Below, in pieces: positions 52,093 to 52,357 of a DNA stretch of 52,357 nucleotides. Below the pieces are notes generated by a model. That model was not told the DNA's origin. It ran no database searches and worked only from the letters and a program-made list of their open reading frames with translations. How positions within the stretch are numbered: the stretch's first letter is position 1; each line of letters opens with the position of its first letter. The stretch comes from Planctomycetota bacterium (lineage in GTDB: Bacteria; Planctomycetota; Planctomycetia; Pirellulales; UBA1268): the NCBI GenBank assembly GCA_037129495.1, contig JBAXUW010000003.1:1-52357 (forward strand), given 5' to 3'. The position numbers and the translations under genes were made by a program.

Positions 52093-52357
52093 AAAGGTGC
52101 AGGCGGTAGAAAAGCTTGACCCGCGGAGAGGACACTCCCCCTAACTGGGTGTTTGGCAGGGCTCTGCCGGCAAAAACAGGTTTTTGCTCGGGAGTCATGG
52201 TGTCTGCGCACGGCGTGTCCGCTTCAAGTAGTCTAGGGGATTCCCGCCCGCCAATCCTTCCAGCCTAGGCCAAATTCTCATGCCGGATTCACACGCCGAT
52301 CGCAGTCCTGCTCCCGTTCCCCAGCCCGCCCCAGCCCGCCCCGGCCACGTTCCATTC

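Noticed and set aside
52093-52357. tRNA/ncRNA or gene start after the propeller gene (TTGACC at 52116; ATG at 52280; short CCCCAGCCCG repeat)
   Set aside because: No cloverleaf, no well-spaced -10, and the possible ORF runs off the window with no recognisable motif.

Overview
GC-rich bacterial chromosomal window, most likely Planctomycetota (Pirellulales-like). This is inferred from the groEL-groES-groEL-dnaJ-grpE cluster, PVC-type multiheme/propeller proteins and a PQQ-like propeller; no database search was run. Housekeeping genes dominate: ftsK, cimA, valS, hom-apgM-lysC, an M42 peptidase, chaperones, dsbD, purM, glgX and hrpB. Between them lie secreted-protein and sugar-acid clusters. The most unusual signal is non-coding. 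A REP-like motif (GTGG plus a GATAAGTT-N4-AACTTGTC hairpin) occurs about 11 times, always intergenic, mostly at strand-switch junctions, and 10 of 11 copies face the same way. At two sites it carries a conserved 114-bp passenger module. At another, an inverted pair of the motif brackets a 510-bp internally deleted ISL3 element. Other notable items are a degenerate pseudo-P-II protein coupled to an atypical receiver protein, two exact sigma-54 promoters (one before groEL1, one before an unknown His/Cys secreted protein), a penta-heme/PA14 plus propeller pair, and a YHYH-PEBP fusion. No rRNA, tRNA or CRISPR array was found.
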